Shown in pieces: positions 1 through 11,096 of a stretch of 32,000 nt of DNA. The notes below the pieces were generated by a model. It saw only the letters and a list, made by a program, of their open reading frames with translations, ran no database searches and was not told where the DNA came from. Made by a program: the position numbers and the translations under genes. The stretch is from an uncultured Gaiellaceae bacterium. GTDB lineage: Bacteria; Actinomycetota; Thermoleophilia; Gaiellales; Gaiellaceae. The first letter of the stretch is position 1. Every line of letters starts with the position of its first letter. The stretch is from contig CAVVDE010000012.1 in NCBI GenBank assembly GCA_963746975.1, positions 66,798 to 98,797 of the forward strand, in the 5' to 3' direction.

Positions 1-1501
<1,501 letters not shown>

Positions 1502-1526
1502 ATCCCGTTCCGCTCCGGCGCACGCG

Positions 1527-1556
1527 CTGCGGAGAAGCCGCAGGCCCGGTGCGGGC
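1527..1556 (+). terminator. two tandem GC hairpins downstream of the cyclase gene (possible U-tract-less terminator)
   Basis: CTGCGG-agaag-CCGCAG (1527-1543) is followed directly by GCCCG-gtg-CGGGC (1544-1556). There is no T-tract, and short stems like these are common by chance in GC-rich DNA. Confidence 0.2.
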
Positions 1557-1612
1557 GTCCTCCCGATGTAGGCTCGAGGCATCCCTGCGAGGGTGAGCCC
1601 GAGGAGGCCTGT

Positions 1613-2749
1613 TTGGACGAGCCCAAACGCGCGACGATCGAGCCCGAGGAGCTGGAGACGCTCGTCGCCGCGCTGCGACGCCGGGGCTACCTCGTCGTGG
1701 GGCCGACCGTGCGCGACGGAGCCATCGTCTACGAGGAGCTCGAGACCGCCGACGAGCTGCCGGTCGGGTGGACGGAAAAACAGGACGCAGCCACGTATCG
1801 ACTCGAGCGCCGCGACGACGAAGCCCGCTTCGGCTATGCGGTCGGGCCGCATTCGTGGAAGCGATTCCTCTTCCCGCCGCGAGTACGGCTCTGGCAAGCG
1901 AAGAGAAACGGCGACGGCGCGCTCGAGGTCGAGGAGGACGCTCCGGACGCGAGACCGCTGGCGTTCCTCGGAGTTCGCTCCTGCGACCTGCACGCGATCG
2001 CGATCCAGGACCGCGTCTTCATCGGCGGCCGGGTCGTGGAGCGTGACTACGCGGCGCGCCGAGCGGGCGCCTTCGTCGTCGCGGCGAACTGCTTCGAGCC
2101 GAGCGGGACGTGCTTCTGCGTCTCGATGGGTACAGGGCCTCGCGCCGAGTCGGGGTACGACCTCGCTCTGACGGAGGTCCTCGAAGGCGGGCACCGCCTC
2201 CTGGTGGAGGTCGGCACGGAGCGCGGCGCCGAGGTCCTGGCCGAGCTCGAGTCTCGGCCCGCGACGACTGCCGATCTCGACGGCGCAGCTCGCGCCGTCG
2301 ACAGCGCGGCCGAGCGCATGGGCCGCCACATGGACGCGCGCGACCTCCGCGACCTCCTCGCCGAGAACCTCGACCACCCGCGCTGGGACGACGTCGCCGA
2401 TCGCTGCCTCACGTGCGGGAACTGCGTTCTCGTCTGCCCCACGTGCTTCTGCTCGACGGTCGAGGACCACACCGACCTTTCGGGCGAGCACGCCGAGCGT
2501 TGGCGCACGTGGGACACCTGCTTCTCCGTCGACCATGCCTACATCCACGGCGGGAGCTTCCGACCGAGCCCCCGCTCCCGCTACAGGCAGTGGATGACGC
2601 ACAAGCTCGGCACGTGGCACGACCAGTTCGGGACATCAGGCTGTGTCGGCTGCGGGCGCTGCATCACGTGGTGCCCGGTCGGTATCGACATCACCGAGGA
2701 GGTCGCCGCGATCCGCGCGACGGGAGGAGACGACGGTGCGACAGCTTGA
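1613..2749 (+). CDS. hyhB: [NiFe]-hydrogenase group-3b-type beta subunit (AsrA-like 4Fe-4S protein)
   Basis: TTG start sits 5 nt after GAGGAGG. Ferredoxin-type motifs [16 protein letters not shown] and [16 protein letters not shown] are present. It is the first gene of a B-G-S-L subunit order. Confidence 0.85.
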   Translation: MDEPKRATIEPEELETLVAALRRRGYLVVGPTVRDGAIVYEELETADELPVGWTEKQDAATYRLERRDDEARFGYAVGPHSWKRFLFPPRVRLWQAKRNGDGALEVEEDAPDARPLAFLGVRSCDLHAIAIQDRVFIGGRVVERDYAARRAGAFVVAANCFEPSGTCFCVSMGTGPRAESGYDLALTEVLEGGHRLLVEVGTERGAEVLAELESRPATTADLDGAARAVDSAAERMGRHMDARDLRDLLAENLDHPRWDDVADRCLTCGNCVLVCPTCFCSTVEDHTDLSGEHAERWRTWDTCFSVDHAYIHGGSFRPSPRSRYRQWMTHKLGTWHDQFGTSGCVGCGRCITWCPVGIDITEEVAAIRATGGDDGATA

Positions 2750-3200
2750 AGAGATACTCGGCGACGTCCCGTTCCTCGAGGGGATGAGCCAGGAGCAAAT
2801 CGCGCTGCTGGCGGGGTGCGCGTCGAACGTGCACTTCGACGCGGGCGAGGTCGTCTTCCGGGAGGGCGACCAGGCGGACACGTTCTACGTCATCCGCCAT
2901 GGCACCGTTGCGATCGAGCTGCACGCGCCCGCACGCAACGCGATGACGGTGGAGACGATCGAGGCGGGCGAGGTCCTCGGCTGGTCGTGGCTCTTCCCGC
3001 CCTATCGCTCGCACTTCGACGCGCGCGCGCTCTCGAGCGTGCGGGCGACCGCCTTCGACGGAGCGTGCCTCCGCGGCAAGTGCGACGACGACCCCGTGCT
3101 CGGCTACGACCTCGTCAAGCGCTTCGCGCAGGTCTTCACCGAGCGCCTGCACTGGACGAGGCTGCGACTCCTGGACATCTACGGTGACGGCGTCGCCTGA
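2736..3200 (+). CDS. stand-alone cyclic-nucleotide-binding domain protein (154 aa, no HTH), embedded in the hydrogenase operon
   Basis: GTG 2736 follows GGGAGGAGA and overlaps the hyhB stop by 14 nt. The protein reads [27 protein letters not shown]...[18 protein letters not shown]...[25 protein letters not shown]. This shows the beta-barrel and a phosphate-binding-cassette-like GE..G...P.RS....A. It ends about 40 aa after the cassette, so there is no DNA-binding domain. Confidence 0.85.
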   Translation: MRQLEEILGDVPFLEGMSQEQIALLAGCASNVHFDAGEVVFREGDQADTFYVIRHGTVAIELHAPARNAMTVETIEAGEVLGWSWLFPPYRSHFDARALSSVRATAFDGACLRGKCDDDPVLGYDLVKRFAQVFTERLHWTRLRLLDIYGDGVA

Positions 3201-4014
3201 GCTCGCACTCGCGCCGGGCCCGATGGTGCCCCGGACGTTCACGGTGCAGGAGCGGACGCAGGAGACGGCCGACACGTGGACGCTCGTGCTCGCGCCGCGT
3301 TCGGGCGAGCAACTGGACGTCGCTCCCGGCCAGTTCGTGATGGTCTACGTCTTCGGGATCGGCGAGGTGCCGATCTCGGTGAGCGCCCCGCCGCTCGTGC
3401 TGACCGTGCGCGCGGTCGGAGCCGTCTCGAAGGCGATCTGCGCATGTGCGCCCGGCGAGGTGCTCGGCATTCGCGGCCCCATCGGCAGCGTGTGGCCGAT
3501 CGCGGAGTGCGAGGGGGCGGACGTAGTCGTGATCGCGGGCGGCATCGGCCTCGCGCCGCTCCGCCCAGTCGTGCTCGGTGCGCTCGAGCGGCGCGGGCAC
3601 TACGGCGAAGTCGTCCTCCTCTACGGAGCCAGAACTCCCGGTGACCTGCTGTATACGAAAGAGCTCGAGAGCTGGCGCGACGCCGCCGCCGTCCACACGA
3701 CCGTCGACGCCGCCGGGCCGGAATGGACGGGGAAGGTCGGTTTCGTGCCGCAGCTCCTCCCCGGCGCCGAGTTCGACGCCGACTCGACGACGGCGTTCGT
3801 CTGCGGTCCGGAGATCATGATGCGGCTCAGCGCCGACGCCCTGATCGATCGTGGTGTCCCGCCCGCGCGGATCTACATCTCGCTCGAGCGAAACATGCAG
3901 TGCGGGCTCGGCCACTGCGGCCACTGCCAGCTCGGCCCGACGCTCATCTGCCGCGACGGCCCGGTCTACTCGTACGAGGTCGCAAGGCCGTGGCTGGAGG
4001 TGAGAGAGCTGTGA
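3184..4014 (+). CDS. hyhG: [NiFe]-hydrogenase group-3b-type gamma subunit (AsrB/FNR-like FAD/NAD(P)-binding protein with C-terminal 2Fe-2S)
   Basis: Contains the NAD(P)-fold motif [16 protein letters not shown] and the C-terminal cluster [25 protein letters not shown] 3184 overlaps the upstream gene; ATG 3223 (MVPRTFTV) is an alternative start. Confidence 0.85.
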   Translation: MTASPELALAPGPMVPRTFTVQERTQETADTWTLVLAPRSGEQLDVAPGQFVMVYVFGIGEVPISVSAPPLVLTVRAVGAVSKAICACAPGEVLGIRGPIGSVWPIAECEGADVVVIAGGIGLAPLRPVVLGALERRGHYGEVVLLYGARTPGDLLYTKELESWRDAAAVHTTVDAAGPEWTGKVGFVPQLLPGAEFDADSTTAFVCGPEIMMRLSADALIDRGVPPARIYISLERNMQCGLGHCGHCQLGPTLICRDGPVYSYEVARPWLEVREL

Positions 4015-4787
4015 TCGCCGTGAAGACGAAGCCCAAGCTGGCCGTCTGGAAGTTCGCCTCGTGCGACGGCTGCCAGCTGTCGCTGCTCGACTGCGAGGAC
4101 GAGCTGCTCGCGCTGACGAACGAGATCGAGATCGCGTACTTCCTCGAGGCGACGAGCGGCACCGTCGAGGGTCCCTACGACCTCTCCATCGTCGAAGGGT
4201 CGATCACGACCGCGCACGACGCCGAGCGGATCCAGCGCGTCCGCGCCTCCTCGAAGGCGCTCGTCACCATCGGCGCCTGCGCGACCGCGGGCGGGATTCA
4301 GGCCCTGCGGAACTACGCCGACGTCGCGGAGTTCGCGCGCATCGTGTACGCGTCGCCCGAGTACCTCTCGACGCTGGACACGTCGACGCCGATCTCGGCA
4401 CACGTCCCCGTCGACTTCGAGCTGCACGGCTGCCCGATCGACAAGGGCCAGCTGCTCGAGGTCCTGTCGGCATTCCTCCACGGACGGAAGCCCGGCATCC
4501 CGTCGACGAGTGTCTGCACGGAGTGCAAGCGGCGAGGCACCGTCTGCGTGATGGTCGCGCACGGGACGCCGTGCCTCGGCCCCGTCACGCACGCCGGCTG
4601 CGGAGCGCTGTGCCCGTCGTACAACCGCGGCTGTTACGGCTGCTTCGGCCCGAAGGAGACGCCGAATACCGTCTCGCTCACACGCCAGCTCCGCGTCCTC
4701 GGCATGGACGACCGGGGCGTCGAACGGGTGTTCCACACGTTCAACACCGAGGCGCCAGGCTTCAAGGAGGTGCAGGTCGGTGGCTGA
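4011..4787 (+). CDS. hyhS: [NiFe]-hydrogenase small (delta) subunit
   Basis: GTG 4011 overlaps the hyhG TGA as GTGA. The protein reads [27 protein letters not shown]...[16 protein letters not shown]...[46 protein letters not shown]. Confidence 0.9.
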   Translation: MIAVKTKPKLAVWKFASCDGCQLSLLDCEDELLALTNEIEIAYFLEATSGTVEGPYDLSIVEGSITTAHDAERIQRVRASSKALVTIGACATAGGIQALRNYADVAEFARIVYASPEYLSTLDTSTPISAHVPVDFELHGCPIDKGQLLEVLSAFLHGRKPGIPSTSVCTECKRRGTVCVMVAHGTPCLGPVTHAGCGALCPSYNRGCYGCFGPKETPNTVSLTRQLRVLGMDDRGVERVFHTFNTEAPGFKEVQVGG

Positions 4788-6072
4788 GAGGCGAACCATC
4801 AAGACCGACTACCTCGCGCGGGTCGAGGGTGAGGGCGCGATGTCGGTCCGCCTCCGCGACGGCGAGGTCGAGCACGTCGAGCTGCGGATCTTCGAGCCGC
4901 CGCGCTTCTTCGAGGCGCTGCTGCGCGGCCGCTCGTTCATGGAAGCGCCCGACATCACGGCCCGCATCTGCGGCATCTGCCCCGTCGCGTACCAGATGAG
5001 CTCCGTCCAGGCGATGGAGGACGCCTGCGGCGTCGACATCCCGGAGCCGATCCACGCGCTGCGCCGCCTCCTCTACTGCGCCGAATGGATCGAGAGCCAC
5101 GCGCTTCACGTCTACATGCTCCACGCACCGGACTTCCTCGGCTACGCGGGCGCGGTCGAGCTTGCACGGGACGCGCCTGCAGCGGTCGAGCGCGGGCTCG
5201 CGCTGAAGAAAACGGGGAACGAGCTGATGTCGCTCATCGGGGGCCGCGAGATCCACCCGGTCAACGTCCGGGTCGGCGGCTTCTACCGGGCCCCCACCCC
5301 GCGCGAGCTGCGCACCATGGTCGACCCGCTCGAGCGCGCACGAGACGCGGCGCTCGAGACGGTCCGCTGGACGGCCGGCTTCGACTTCCCCGAGCGCGCG
5401 GTCGAGTGCGCGCTCGTCGCGCTCTCGGCTCCCGGCACGTACGCGATCGAGCGCGGCCGCATCGCTTCCGACCAGGGCCTCGACATCGCGGTAGGCGAGT
5501 ACGACGAGCACTTCGTCGAGGAGCACGTCGAGCGCTCGAACGCGCTCCACTCGCGGACGCGCGAAGGGGCCAGCTACCTGTGCGGGCCGCTCGCCCGCTT
5601 CGCCCTCGGCGCCGACCGGCTGTCGCCGCTCGTGCAGGAGGCGGCGCGCGAGGCCGGCGTCGAGGCGCCCTGCCGCGATGCCTTCCGCAGCATCGTCGTG
5701 CGCAGCCTCGAGCTCGTGTATGCCTGCGACGAGGCCCTGCGCATCATCGAGTCCTACGAGGAGCCGGAGGCGCCGTTCGTCCCGGTCGAGCCCGTCGCCG
5801 GTGTCGGCCACGGAGCGACCGAAGCGCCGCGTGGTCTGCTCTACCACCGCTACCGCATCGACGACGAGGGCACGATCCTCGACGCGAAGATCGTCCCGCC
5901 GACGTCGCAGAACCAGCTCGCCATCGAAGAGGACCTCCGCGCGGTCGTCGGGCAGTACGCCGAGTTGCCCGACGACGAGCTCCGCGGGCTCTGCGAGCAG
6001 GCGATCCGGAACTACGACCCCTGCATCTCGTGCGCGACGCACTTCCTCGACCTCGAGGTCGAGCGGCTGTGA
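4780..6072 (+). CDS. hyhL: [NiFe]-hydrogenase large (alpha) subunit
   Basis: AAGGAGG lies 9 nt upstream of GTG 4780. The N-terminal metal motif [10 protein letters not shown] and the C-terminal motif DPCISCATH are present, followed by a 9-aa tail (FLDLEVERL) for endopeptidase cleavage. Both C-terminal Cys are TGC codons, so this is not a NiFeSe form. Confidence 0.95.
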   Translation: MAERRTIKTDYLARVEGEGAMSVRLRDGEVEHVELRIFEPPRFFEALLRGRSFMEAPDITARICGICPVAYQMSSVQAMEDACGVDIPEPIHALRRLLYCAEWIESHALHVYMLHAPDFLGYAGAVELARDAPAAVERGLALKKTGNELMSLIGGREIHPVNVRVGGFYRAPTPRELRTMVDPLERARDAALETVRWTAGFDFPERAVECALVALSAPGTYAIERGRIASDQGLDIAVGEYDEHFVEEHVERSNALHSRTREGASYLCGPLARFALGADRLSPLVQEAAREAGVEAPCRDAFRSIVVRSLELVYACDEALRIIESYEEPEAPFVPVEPVAGVGHGATEAPRGLLYHRYRIDDEGTILDAKIVPPTSQNQLAIEEDLRAVVGQYAELPDDELRGLCEQAIRNYDPCISCATHFLDLEVERL

Positions 6073-6527
6073 GAGTCGTCGCGGTGGGAGTGGGAAACCC
6101 GTACCGCTCGGACGACGGCGCCGGCCTCGCGGTCGCCGAGCGCCTGCGCGAGACCGCGCCGGAGATCGAGGTCGTGACCTGCGAGCAGGAGCCCCTCCGG
6201 CTGCTCGACGCCTGGAACGGAGCGGATCTCGCCATCGTCGTGGACGCGGTCTCCTCGGGCGCCCCTTCCGGAACGGTGCACCGCTTCGACGCCACGTCGG
6301 AGCCCGTGCCGTCCACCGTCTTCCGCGGGTCGACCCACGCCCTCGGGGTGGGTGACGCGATCGAGCTCGCCCGGACGCTCGGTCGCCTGCCGGACCGCGT
6401 GCTCGTCTTCGGGATCGAGGGCGAGCGCTTCACGGCGGGAGAACAGCTCAGTCCCGCCGTCGCGGCCGCGGTCGAGCCGCTCGCGTCGGAGCTCGGAGAG
6501 GAGGCGAGATGCACGAGCGCGCGCTGA
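6069..6527 (+). CDS. hydrogenase maturation endopeptidase (HycI/HoxW family)
   Basis: GTG 6069 overlaps the hyhL TGA as GTGA. The protein reads [26 protein letters not shown]...LAIVVDAV...[13 protein letters not shown], matching the GxGNxxxxDDGxG and H motifs of the family. Confidence 0.85.
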   Translation: MRVVAVGVGNPYRSDDGAGLAVAERLRETAPEIEVVTCEQEPLRLLDAWNGADLAIVVDAVSSGAPSGTVHRFDATSEPVPSTVFRGSTHALGVGDAIELARTLGRLPDRVLVFGIEGERFTAGEQLSPAVAAAVEPLASELGEEARCTSAR

Positions 6528-6772
6528 TGCAGGACGTCATGTCGCGCATCGAGGAGCTCGCCCGGGTCGAGGGCGCATCTCGTGTGACGCGCGTCGACGT
6601 CCGGCTCGGCGCCCTCTCCCACTTCACCCCGGACCACTTCGGGGAGCACTTCGAGGACGCGTCCCGTGGAACGGTCGCGGAGGGGGCCCTCGTCGTCGCG
6701 ACGATGGGCGCGGACATCACCGACGTGAGCGCCTCGGACGTCGTCGTGGAGAGCGTGGAGGTCGAGGTCTGA
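6509..6772 (+). CDS. hypA: HypA-like nickel metallochaperone lacking the zinc-binding domain (87 aa, no cysteine)
   Basis: Starts with the MHE nickel-binding N-terminus ([60 protein letters not shown]...). The translation contains no Cys, so the usual CxxC...CxxC site is absent. It overlaps the protease gene by 19 nt and hypC by 1 nt (TGATG). Confidence 0.6.
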   Translation: MHERALMQDVMSRIEELARVEGASRVTRVDVRLGALSHFTPDHFGEHFEDASRGTVAEGALVVATMGADITDVSASDVVVESVEVEV

Positions 6773-6984
6773 TGTGCCTCGGCGGAATCGCGCGGCTCGA
6801 CGAGACCTGGGAGGAGGACGGAGCGCGCCTCGGCCGCCTCGACGACGGATCGGTGGTGACGCTCTCGTTCCTCCCGGACGCAACGCCCGGCGCCTACGTC
6901 CTCGTCCACCTCGGCATCCCCGTGGAGGTACTCGAAACCGCCACGGCCGAAGACGCACTCGCACTGAGAGGAGAGTCCCCGTGA
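6772..6984 (+). CDS. hypC: hydrogenase assembly chaperone HypC/HupF
   Basis: ATG 6772 gives MCLGGIARLDETWEEDGARLGRLDDGSVVTLSFLPDATPGAYVLVHLGIPVEVL. This has the essential N-terminal Met-Cys, the OB-fold pattern and the typical ~70 aa size. Confidence 0.85.
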   Translation: MCLGGIARLDETWEEDGARLGRLDDGSVVTLSFLPDATPGAYVLVHLGIPVEVLETATAEDALALRGESP

Positions 6985-7901
6985 CCACCCGAGCCACCGG
7001 AGTCGCCATCGCCTTCGTCACCGCCGTCGTCAGCGGCGTCTCGGTCTACGTGAACTCGAAGGGCGTGTCGCACTTCGACGACGCGACCGTCTACACGACC
7101 GCGAAGAACGCGATCGCCGGGCTGCTTCTCGTGGCGCTCGCGCTCCCGATCCTGATGACGCGCCCGGCGGGGGGGCGACGACACGCGCGACCGGAGAACC
7201 GCCGCGAGTGGCTCGGGCTCGTCGTGCTGGCGTGTATCGGAGGCAGCGTTCCGTTCGTCCTCTTCTTCGAGGGCCTCTCGCGGGCAACCGCGACACAGGC
7301 GGCGTTCATCCACAAGACGCTCGTCGTGTGGGTCGCGATCCTCGCCATCACACTCCTCAAGGAGCGGATCGGGCCGCCGCACCTCGCCGCCATCGCTCTC
7401 GTCGTCGCCGGCCAGGCGTGGCTCGTCGGAGGGGGCCTCGGCACGGTCACCTTCGGCGCGGGCGAGGCGATGATCCTCGCGGCGACGCTCCTCTGGGCCG
7501 TGGAGGTCATCCTCGCGAAGGTGCTGCTGGGCACGCTCGACACGCGGACGCTGGCGGCCGCGCGCATGGGCCTCGGCACGGTGGTGCTCGTCGGCTGGCT
7601 CGCCGTCACCGGCCGCGTGGGCGACCTGCTCGCACTCGGCTCGGAGCAGTGGGTCTGGGCGATCGCCACCGGGCTGCTCCTCACCGCCTACGTCGCCACG
7701 TGGTACGCGGCGCTTGCGCGCGCGCAGGCCGTCGACGTCACCGCGGTGCTCGTGTTCGGCGCCGTCGTGACGGCGGTGATCGCGCGCGTCGCCGACGGCA
7801 CCTCGCTCGACCCGGTCGGCATCGCGCTGATCACCGTCGGCGCGGTGCTGGTGGCGGTCGCGGCGCTCCGCCGCTCCGACGAGCGACTCGCGACGACGTG
7901 A
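6981..7901 (+). CDS. EamA/DMT-family membrane transporter
   Basis: GTG 6981 overlaps the hypC TGA as GTGA. The protein appears to contain about ten hydrophobic segments in two halves, typical of the drug/metabolite transporter fold. Confidence 0.8.
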   Translation: MTTRATGVAIAFVTAVVSGVSVYVNSKGVSHFDDATVYTTAKNAIAGLLLVALALPILMTRPAGGRRHARPENRREWLGLVVLACIGGSVPFVLFFEGLSRATATQAAFIHKTLVVWVAILAITLLKERIGPPHLAAIALVVAGQAWLVGGGLGTVTFGAGEAMILAATLLWAVEVILAKVLLGTLDTRTLAAARMGLGTVVLVGWLAVTGRVGDLLALGSEQWVWAIATGLLLTAYVATWYAALARAQAVDVTAVLVFGAVVTAVIARVADGTSLDPVGIALITVGAVLVAVAALRRSDERLATT

Positions 7902-8650
7902 CCGCAGGTCCCCTCCTCTTCGCACGGTACGCGTATCCGCCGAACTCGCTCGGCTACTGCGGCGCAGACGAGACACGGACGCTGCTCGAGTACGGGAACG
8001 CCGAGGCGTCCGACGGAGGCCTGGCCGAGCTGGCGAGAACGTTCGAGGGCGCGTGGCCGTACCTCACGCTCATCGCGCACGCGAACGGGATCGCCGACCC
8101 GCTCGACCCGAGGGTCGTACAGGCCTACTGGGTCGGCAACGAGCTGCTCGACCAGGTCGAGCCGAACGATCTCGCGAGGCACGTCGACGAACGCTTCCGG
8201 GGTCGGGTCGGCCGCGCGACCGAGCATCTCGTCGACACGGTGGCGGCGGGAGCCGTCCCGCACCACTCCTTCCACGTGTTCGCCGTCTATCCGTGGCTCG
8301 GGCTCTTGCGAACCGGGATCGTGGAGGAGCCGCTGTACGTCCTCGACCGCTGCCGGATCACGCCTGCGCGGGTCCTTTCCGTGTCGGGGGACGACGCGGT
8401 CGTCCGGCTGCGCCCGCTGCGCTGGACCGGACACACGCTCGAGCTGGACGCCTGGACGAGCCGGGAGGTTCGCTGGCGCGACGACGGGCTCTCGCTCGTC
8501 GCGCCGACACCCGGCGACCGGGTTTCGCTCCACTGGGACTTCGTCTGCGACCGGCTGACCCGCGAAGAGGCGAGCGGTCTCGACCGTACGACGCGCCGGG
8601 CGCTCGGCGCGGTGAACCGCTCCGCCTCGACGGCGGCCGCTCTGGCCTAG
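7898..8650 (+). CDS. conserved hypothetical protein (resembles the DUF6390-type proteins I recall next to actinobacterial hyp genes; unverified)
   Basis: GTG 7898 overlaps the EamA TGA as GTGA. The protein reads VTAGPLLFARYAYPPNSLGYCGADETRTLLEY...WPYLTLIAHANGIADPLDPRVVQAYWVGNELL...VPHHSFHVFAVYPW...VSLHWDFVCDRL. Composition looks coding; I recognise no catalytic motif. Confidence 0.7.
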   Translation: MTAGPLLFARYAYPPNSLGYCGADETRTLLEYGNAEASDGGLAELARTFEGAWPYLTLIAHANGIADPLDPRVVQAYWVGNELLDQVEPNDLARHVDERFRGRVGRATEHLVDTVAAGAVPHHSFHVFAVYPWLGLLRTGIVEEPLYVLDRCRITPARVLSVSGDDAVVRLRPLRWTGHTLELDAWTSREVRWRDDGLSLVAPTPGDRVSLHWDFVCDRLTREEASGLDRTTRRALGAVNRSASTAAALA

Positions 8651-8659
8651 ACGCTCCGA

Positions 8660-9157
8660 CTAGGCCTGCAGGTGCGCCTCGACGAACCAGAGGTGCTTGT
8701 CGATCGCACGGGAGACCTCGGTGAAGAGGTCCGCAGTGTCCTGGTCGCCGAGCTCGCTCGTCGTGTCGATCGCTTCCCGTGCGCCCGCGCCGAACGCGGC
8801 CAGGCGATCGGCGACGACCTCGACGGTCTCCTTGCCCGCCACGGCGTCCAGCGGGTACTCGTCGAGCGTCGTCGCGGCAGCCGCCATGCGTGCCGTTCCC
8901 AGCGCCATGCCGCCGAGAGCGGTCGCCCGCTCGGCGATCATGTCGACGAACTCGAGCACAGATTCCGCGACGGCGTCGTAGAGCTCGTGGAGCTGGATGA
9001 AGTCGGTGCCCTTCACGTTCCAGTGCGCCTGCTTGAGCTGCGAGTAGAGGTCGAAGCTGTCGGCGAGGCGCGCGTTCAAGAGCTCGACCGACTTCTCCCG
9101 CGTCGCCTCGGGGATGTCATTGCGTGTCGCGAACGTGTGCGCTACCTGCGTGGCCAC
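8660..9157 (-). CDS. dps: Dps (DNA starvation/stationary-phase protection protein, ferritin-like)
   Basis: Full-length 165 aa: ...LNARLADSFDLYSQLKQAHWNVKGTDFIQLHELYD...DQDTADLFTEVSRAIDKHLWFVEAHL, the classic Dps ferroxidase-site pattern. Confidence 0.95.
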   Translation of the reverse strand: MATQVAHTFATRNDIPEATREKSVELLNARLADSFDLYSQLKQAHWNVKGTDFIQLHELYDAVAESVLEFVDMIAERATALGGMALGTARMAAAATTLDEYPLDAVAGKETVEVVADRLAAFGAGAREAIDTTSELGDQDTADLFTEVSRAIDKHLWFVEAHLQA

Positions 9158-9223
9158 GTCGTCTCCCTTCGTTCGACTACCGAGAGGCTACCCCCATCCT
9201 CCCGGCCCGAACCGTGTGAAGCG

Positions 9224-9691
9224 TCAGCGACGCCGGAGTGTCGCGAGGCGCTCGAGGCTTGCGTCCGGCCACAGCTTGTCGGTGTCGTAGTACGTGTTGA
9301 AGGCGGGCACCGATTCCGGAAGGGTCACCCAGGGGAGCTTCGAGCGCGCGTAGATGTGGACGTCGGGCTCGACCGCGGACGGGTCGTCGAGCGTGCCGGC
9401 GCGAACGAACCGAACCTTCGCGCTCGTGTACTGGCTGAACACCGCGACCTGGCAGCTCGGACAGCGCCAGATCTTCTGCTTCTTGCTGCCGCTTCGCCGC
9501 ACGGAGACGGCAACCGGCTCCCCTGCGAGGAGCTCGACCCGGTCGGTCTCGATGAGGATGTTCACGACGAACGCGCTCCCGGTCTGCCGCTGGCAGTTGA
9601 GGCAGTGGCAGCAGTGGACGAACAGCGGCTCGGATGCGAGCCGGTACCGAATATCGCCACACGAGCAGCCGCCCTCGAGTCGAGCGCTCAC
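9224..9691 (-). CDS. GFA-family (CENP-V/glutathione-dependent formaldehyde-activating-like) zinc protein
   Basis: Starts MSARLEGGCSCGDIRY, followed by ...VHCCHCLNCQRQTGSAF...WRCPSCQVAVF. GTG start sits 4 nt after GAGGAGGGA. Confidence 0.9.
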   Translation of the reverse strand: MSARLEGGCSCGDIRYRLASEPLFVHCCHCLNCQRQTGSAFVVNILIETDRVELLAGEPVAVSVRRSGSKKQKIWRCPSCQVAVFSQYTSAKVRFVRAGTLDDPSAVEPDVHIYARSKLPWVTLPESVPAFNTYYDTDKLWPDASLERLATLRRR

Positions 9692-9797
9692 GATCCCTCC
9701 TCTTCGCGGCCGAGACGATCGAGGAAGGCCACGATACGCGCCTGCGCGGTCTGGCGTGGCGACTCCAAAGGGGCACGGTCGCTTTTGCCGCTCCTTC

Positions 9798-10016
9798 TTA
9801 TCGGGGTGTCCAGAAGCCGGTGACCGTCCCTTCGATCGTCGCCACGCCCTCCGGTCCAGCGAAGAGCGTCTGGAGCGGAATGTCGCAGGTCACGGTGTCC
9901 GTGATCGGTGCCGCCTTCGACGAGGTATCCGTCTTGGGCTCCGGCGCGCCGCCGGTCGGCGTGAACGTGAACGTCAGCACGAACGCCGTCGGCACGGATA
10001 CGGACGAGCTCGCCAC
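9798..10016 (-). CDS. hypothetical small Thr/Ser-rich protein (72 aa)
   Basis: It fits exactly into the gap between modC and the GFA gene on the same strand, and G/C predominates at third codon positions. There is no convincing RBS, and the overlapping plus-strand frame shares third positions, so codon bias is not discriminating. I saw no family signature. Confidence 0.3.
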   Translation of the reverse strand: MASSSVSVPTAFVLTFTFTPTGGAPEPKTDTSSKAAPITDTVTCDIPLQTLFAGPEGVATIEGTVTGFWTPR

Positions 10017-10061
10017 GTCGTGGACCCGTGTGAACTCACCGTTGCCGCGACTGACTCACGA

Positions 10062-11096
10062 TCAGCGCGGGAAGAGCCGGGCCGCCGTCGCCTTGAACGA
10101 CGCCGTCGCGAGGACGCCGGGACGGAGGTCGAGGCGATCTGCAGACGCCGCCGTGATCTCGGCGACGATCGGCCCGACCCGCACGCGCGTGCGGTTCCCC
10201 ATCGGCGCGACCGAGATCACCGCTCCACTCACGTGGTTCATGCGCGAGTCGTCAGGCGTATGCGAGCCGAGAGAGACCTCCCACGGGTAGACCGCGACGT
10301 TGACGGCGCCGCTCGCCTCGTCGGCACTCCACACCGACAGCCCGCCGTCGAGTGCGACGTGGCTCAGGCCGTCGCGCGTCTCGACGACCTGCCCCGGAAG
10401 GACGGTCGCCCCGGTGAAGCTCGCCACGAACGCGTCCCGTGGCGTCGCGACGAGATCGGTCGGCGTCGCGAGCTGGAGCACCACGCCCTCGCTGATGACG
10501 CCCACACGGTGCGCGAGCGTCGCGGCGTCCTCGAAGTCGTGTGTGACGAGGATCGCGGGCAGGTCGAGCTCGTCCAGCAGCTCGCGGAGCTCCGCACGAA
10601 CCTCCGCGCGAGTGTGCGTGTCGAGAGCCGACAGCGGCTCGTCGAGCAGCAGGAGCGCAGGGTCGCGCGCGAGCGCGCGGGCGAGCGCCACGCGCTGGCG
10701 CTCACCGCCCGAGAGCTCGCCGATACGCGCTCTCGCGAGATCGCCGATACGGAATCGCTCGAGCAGCGGCTCGACGTCCTCGTTCCGCCGTGCGCCGAAG
10801 CGGACGTTGTGCCACACGTCGAGGTGCGGGAAGAGCGCGTACTCCTGGAAGAGGTAGCCGACCTGGCGCTGCTCGGGAGGGACGTCGACGCGTGTGGAGG
10901 TGTCGAGCAGCACGTCGTCGTCGAGCGCGACGTAGCCCTCGTCCGGCCGGAGGAGTCCTGCGACGACGCGCAGCACGGTCGTCTTGCCCGCGCCCGACGG
11001 ACCGACCAGCGCGACGGTCTCGCCGCGCTCGACCGTCAGGTCGGCCGACGCGCGGTAGCTGCGAAGAGCGTGAGAGAACCGGACCCGGAGCGCCAT
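10062..11096 (-). CDS. modC: molybdate-type ABC transporter ATP-binding protein with C-terminal TOBE domain
   Basis: Walker A GPSGAGKT, signature LSGGERQRVALARAL and Walker B LLLLDEPLSALD are present. The C-terminal TOBE-like region reads GAVISVAPMGNRTRVRVGPIVAEITAASADRLDLRPG. It lies downstream of modA and modB. Confidence 0.9.
   Translation of the reverse strand: MALRVRFSHALRSYRASADLTVERGETVALVGPSGAGKTTVLRVVAGLLRPDEGYVALDDDVLLDTSTRVDVPPEQRQVGYLFQEYALFPHLDVWHNVRFGARRNEDVEPLLERFRIGDLARARIGELSGGERQRVALARALARDPALLLLDEPLSALDTHTRAEVRAELRELLDELDLPAILVTHDFEDAATLAHRVGVISEGVVLQLATPTDLVATPRDAFVASFTGATVLPGQVVETRDGLSHVALDGGLSVWSADEASGAVNVAVYPWEVSLGSHTPDDSRMNHVSGAVISVAPMGNRTRVRVGPIVAEITAASADRLDLRPGVLATASFKATAARLFPR

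Noticed and set aside
4780-6072. A [NiFeSe]-type large subunit (Sec in the C-terminal metal motif), checked because of the UGA finding elsewhere
   Set aside because: The DPCISCATH motif is encoded with TGC for both cysteines, and there is no in-frame TGA in the gene.
11036-11096. The 61-nt overlap between the modB 3' end and the modC start, considered as a possible frameshift or mis-called stop
   Set aside because: Both frames read sensibly. The modC N-terminus has the normal ~30 residues before Walker A, and I found no in-frame stop at the usual modB end. I treat it as a genuine, if long, overlap and not as a lesion, with low certainty.
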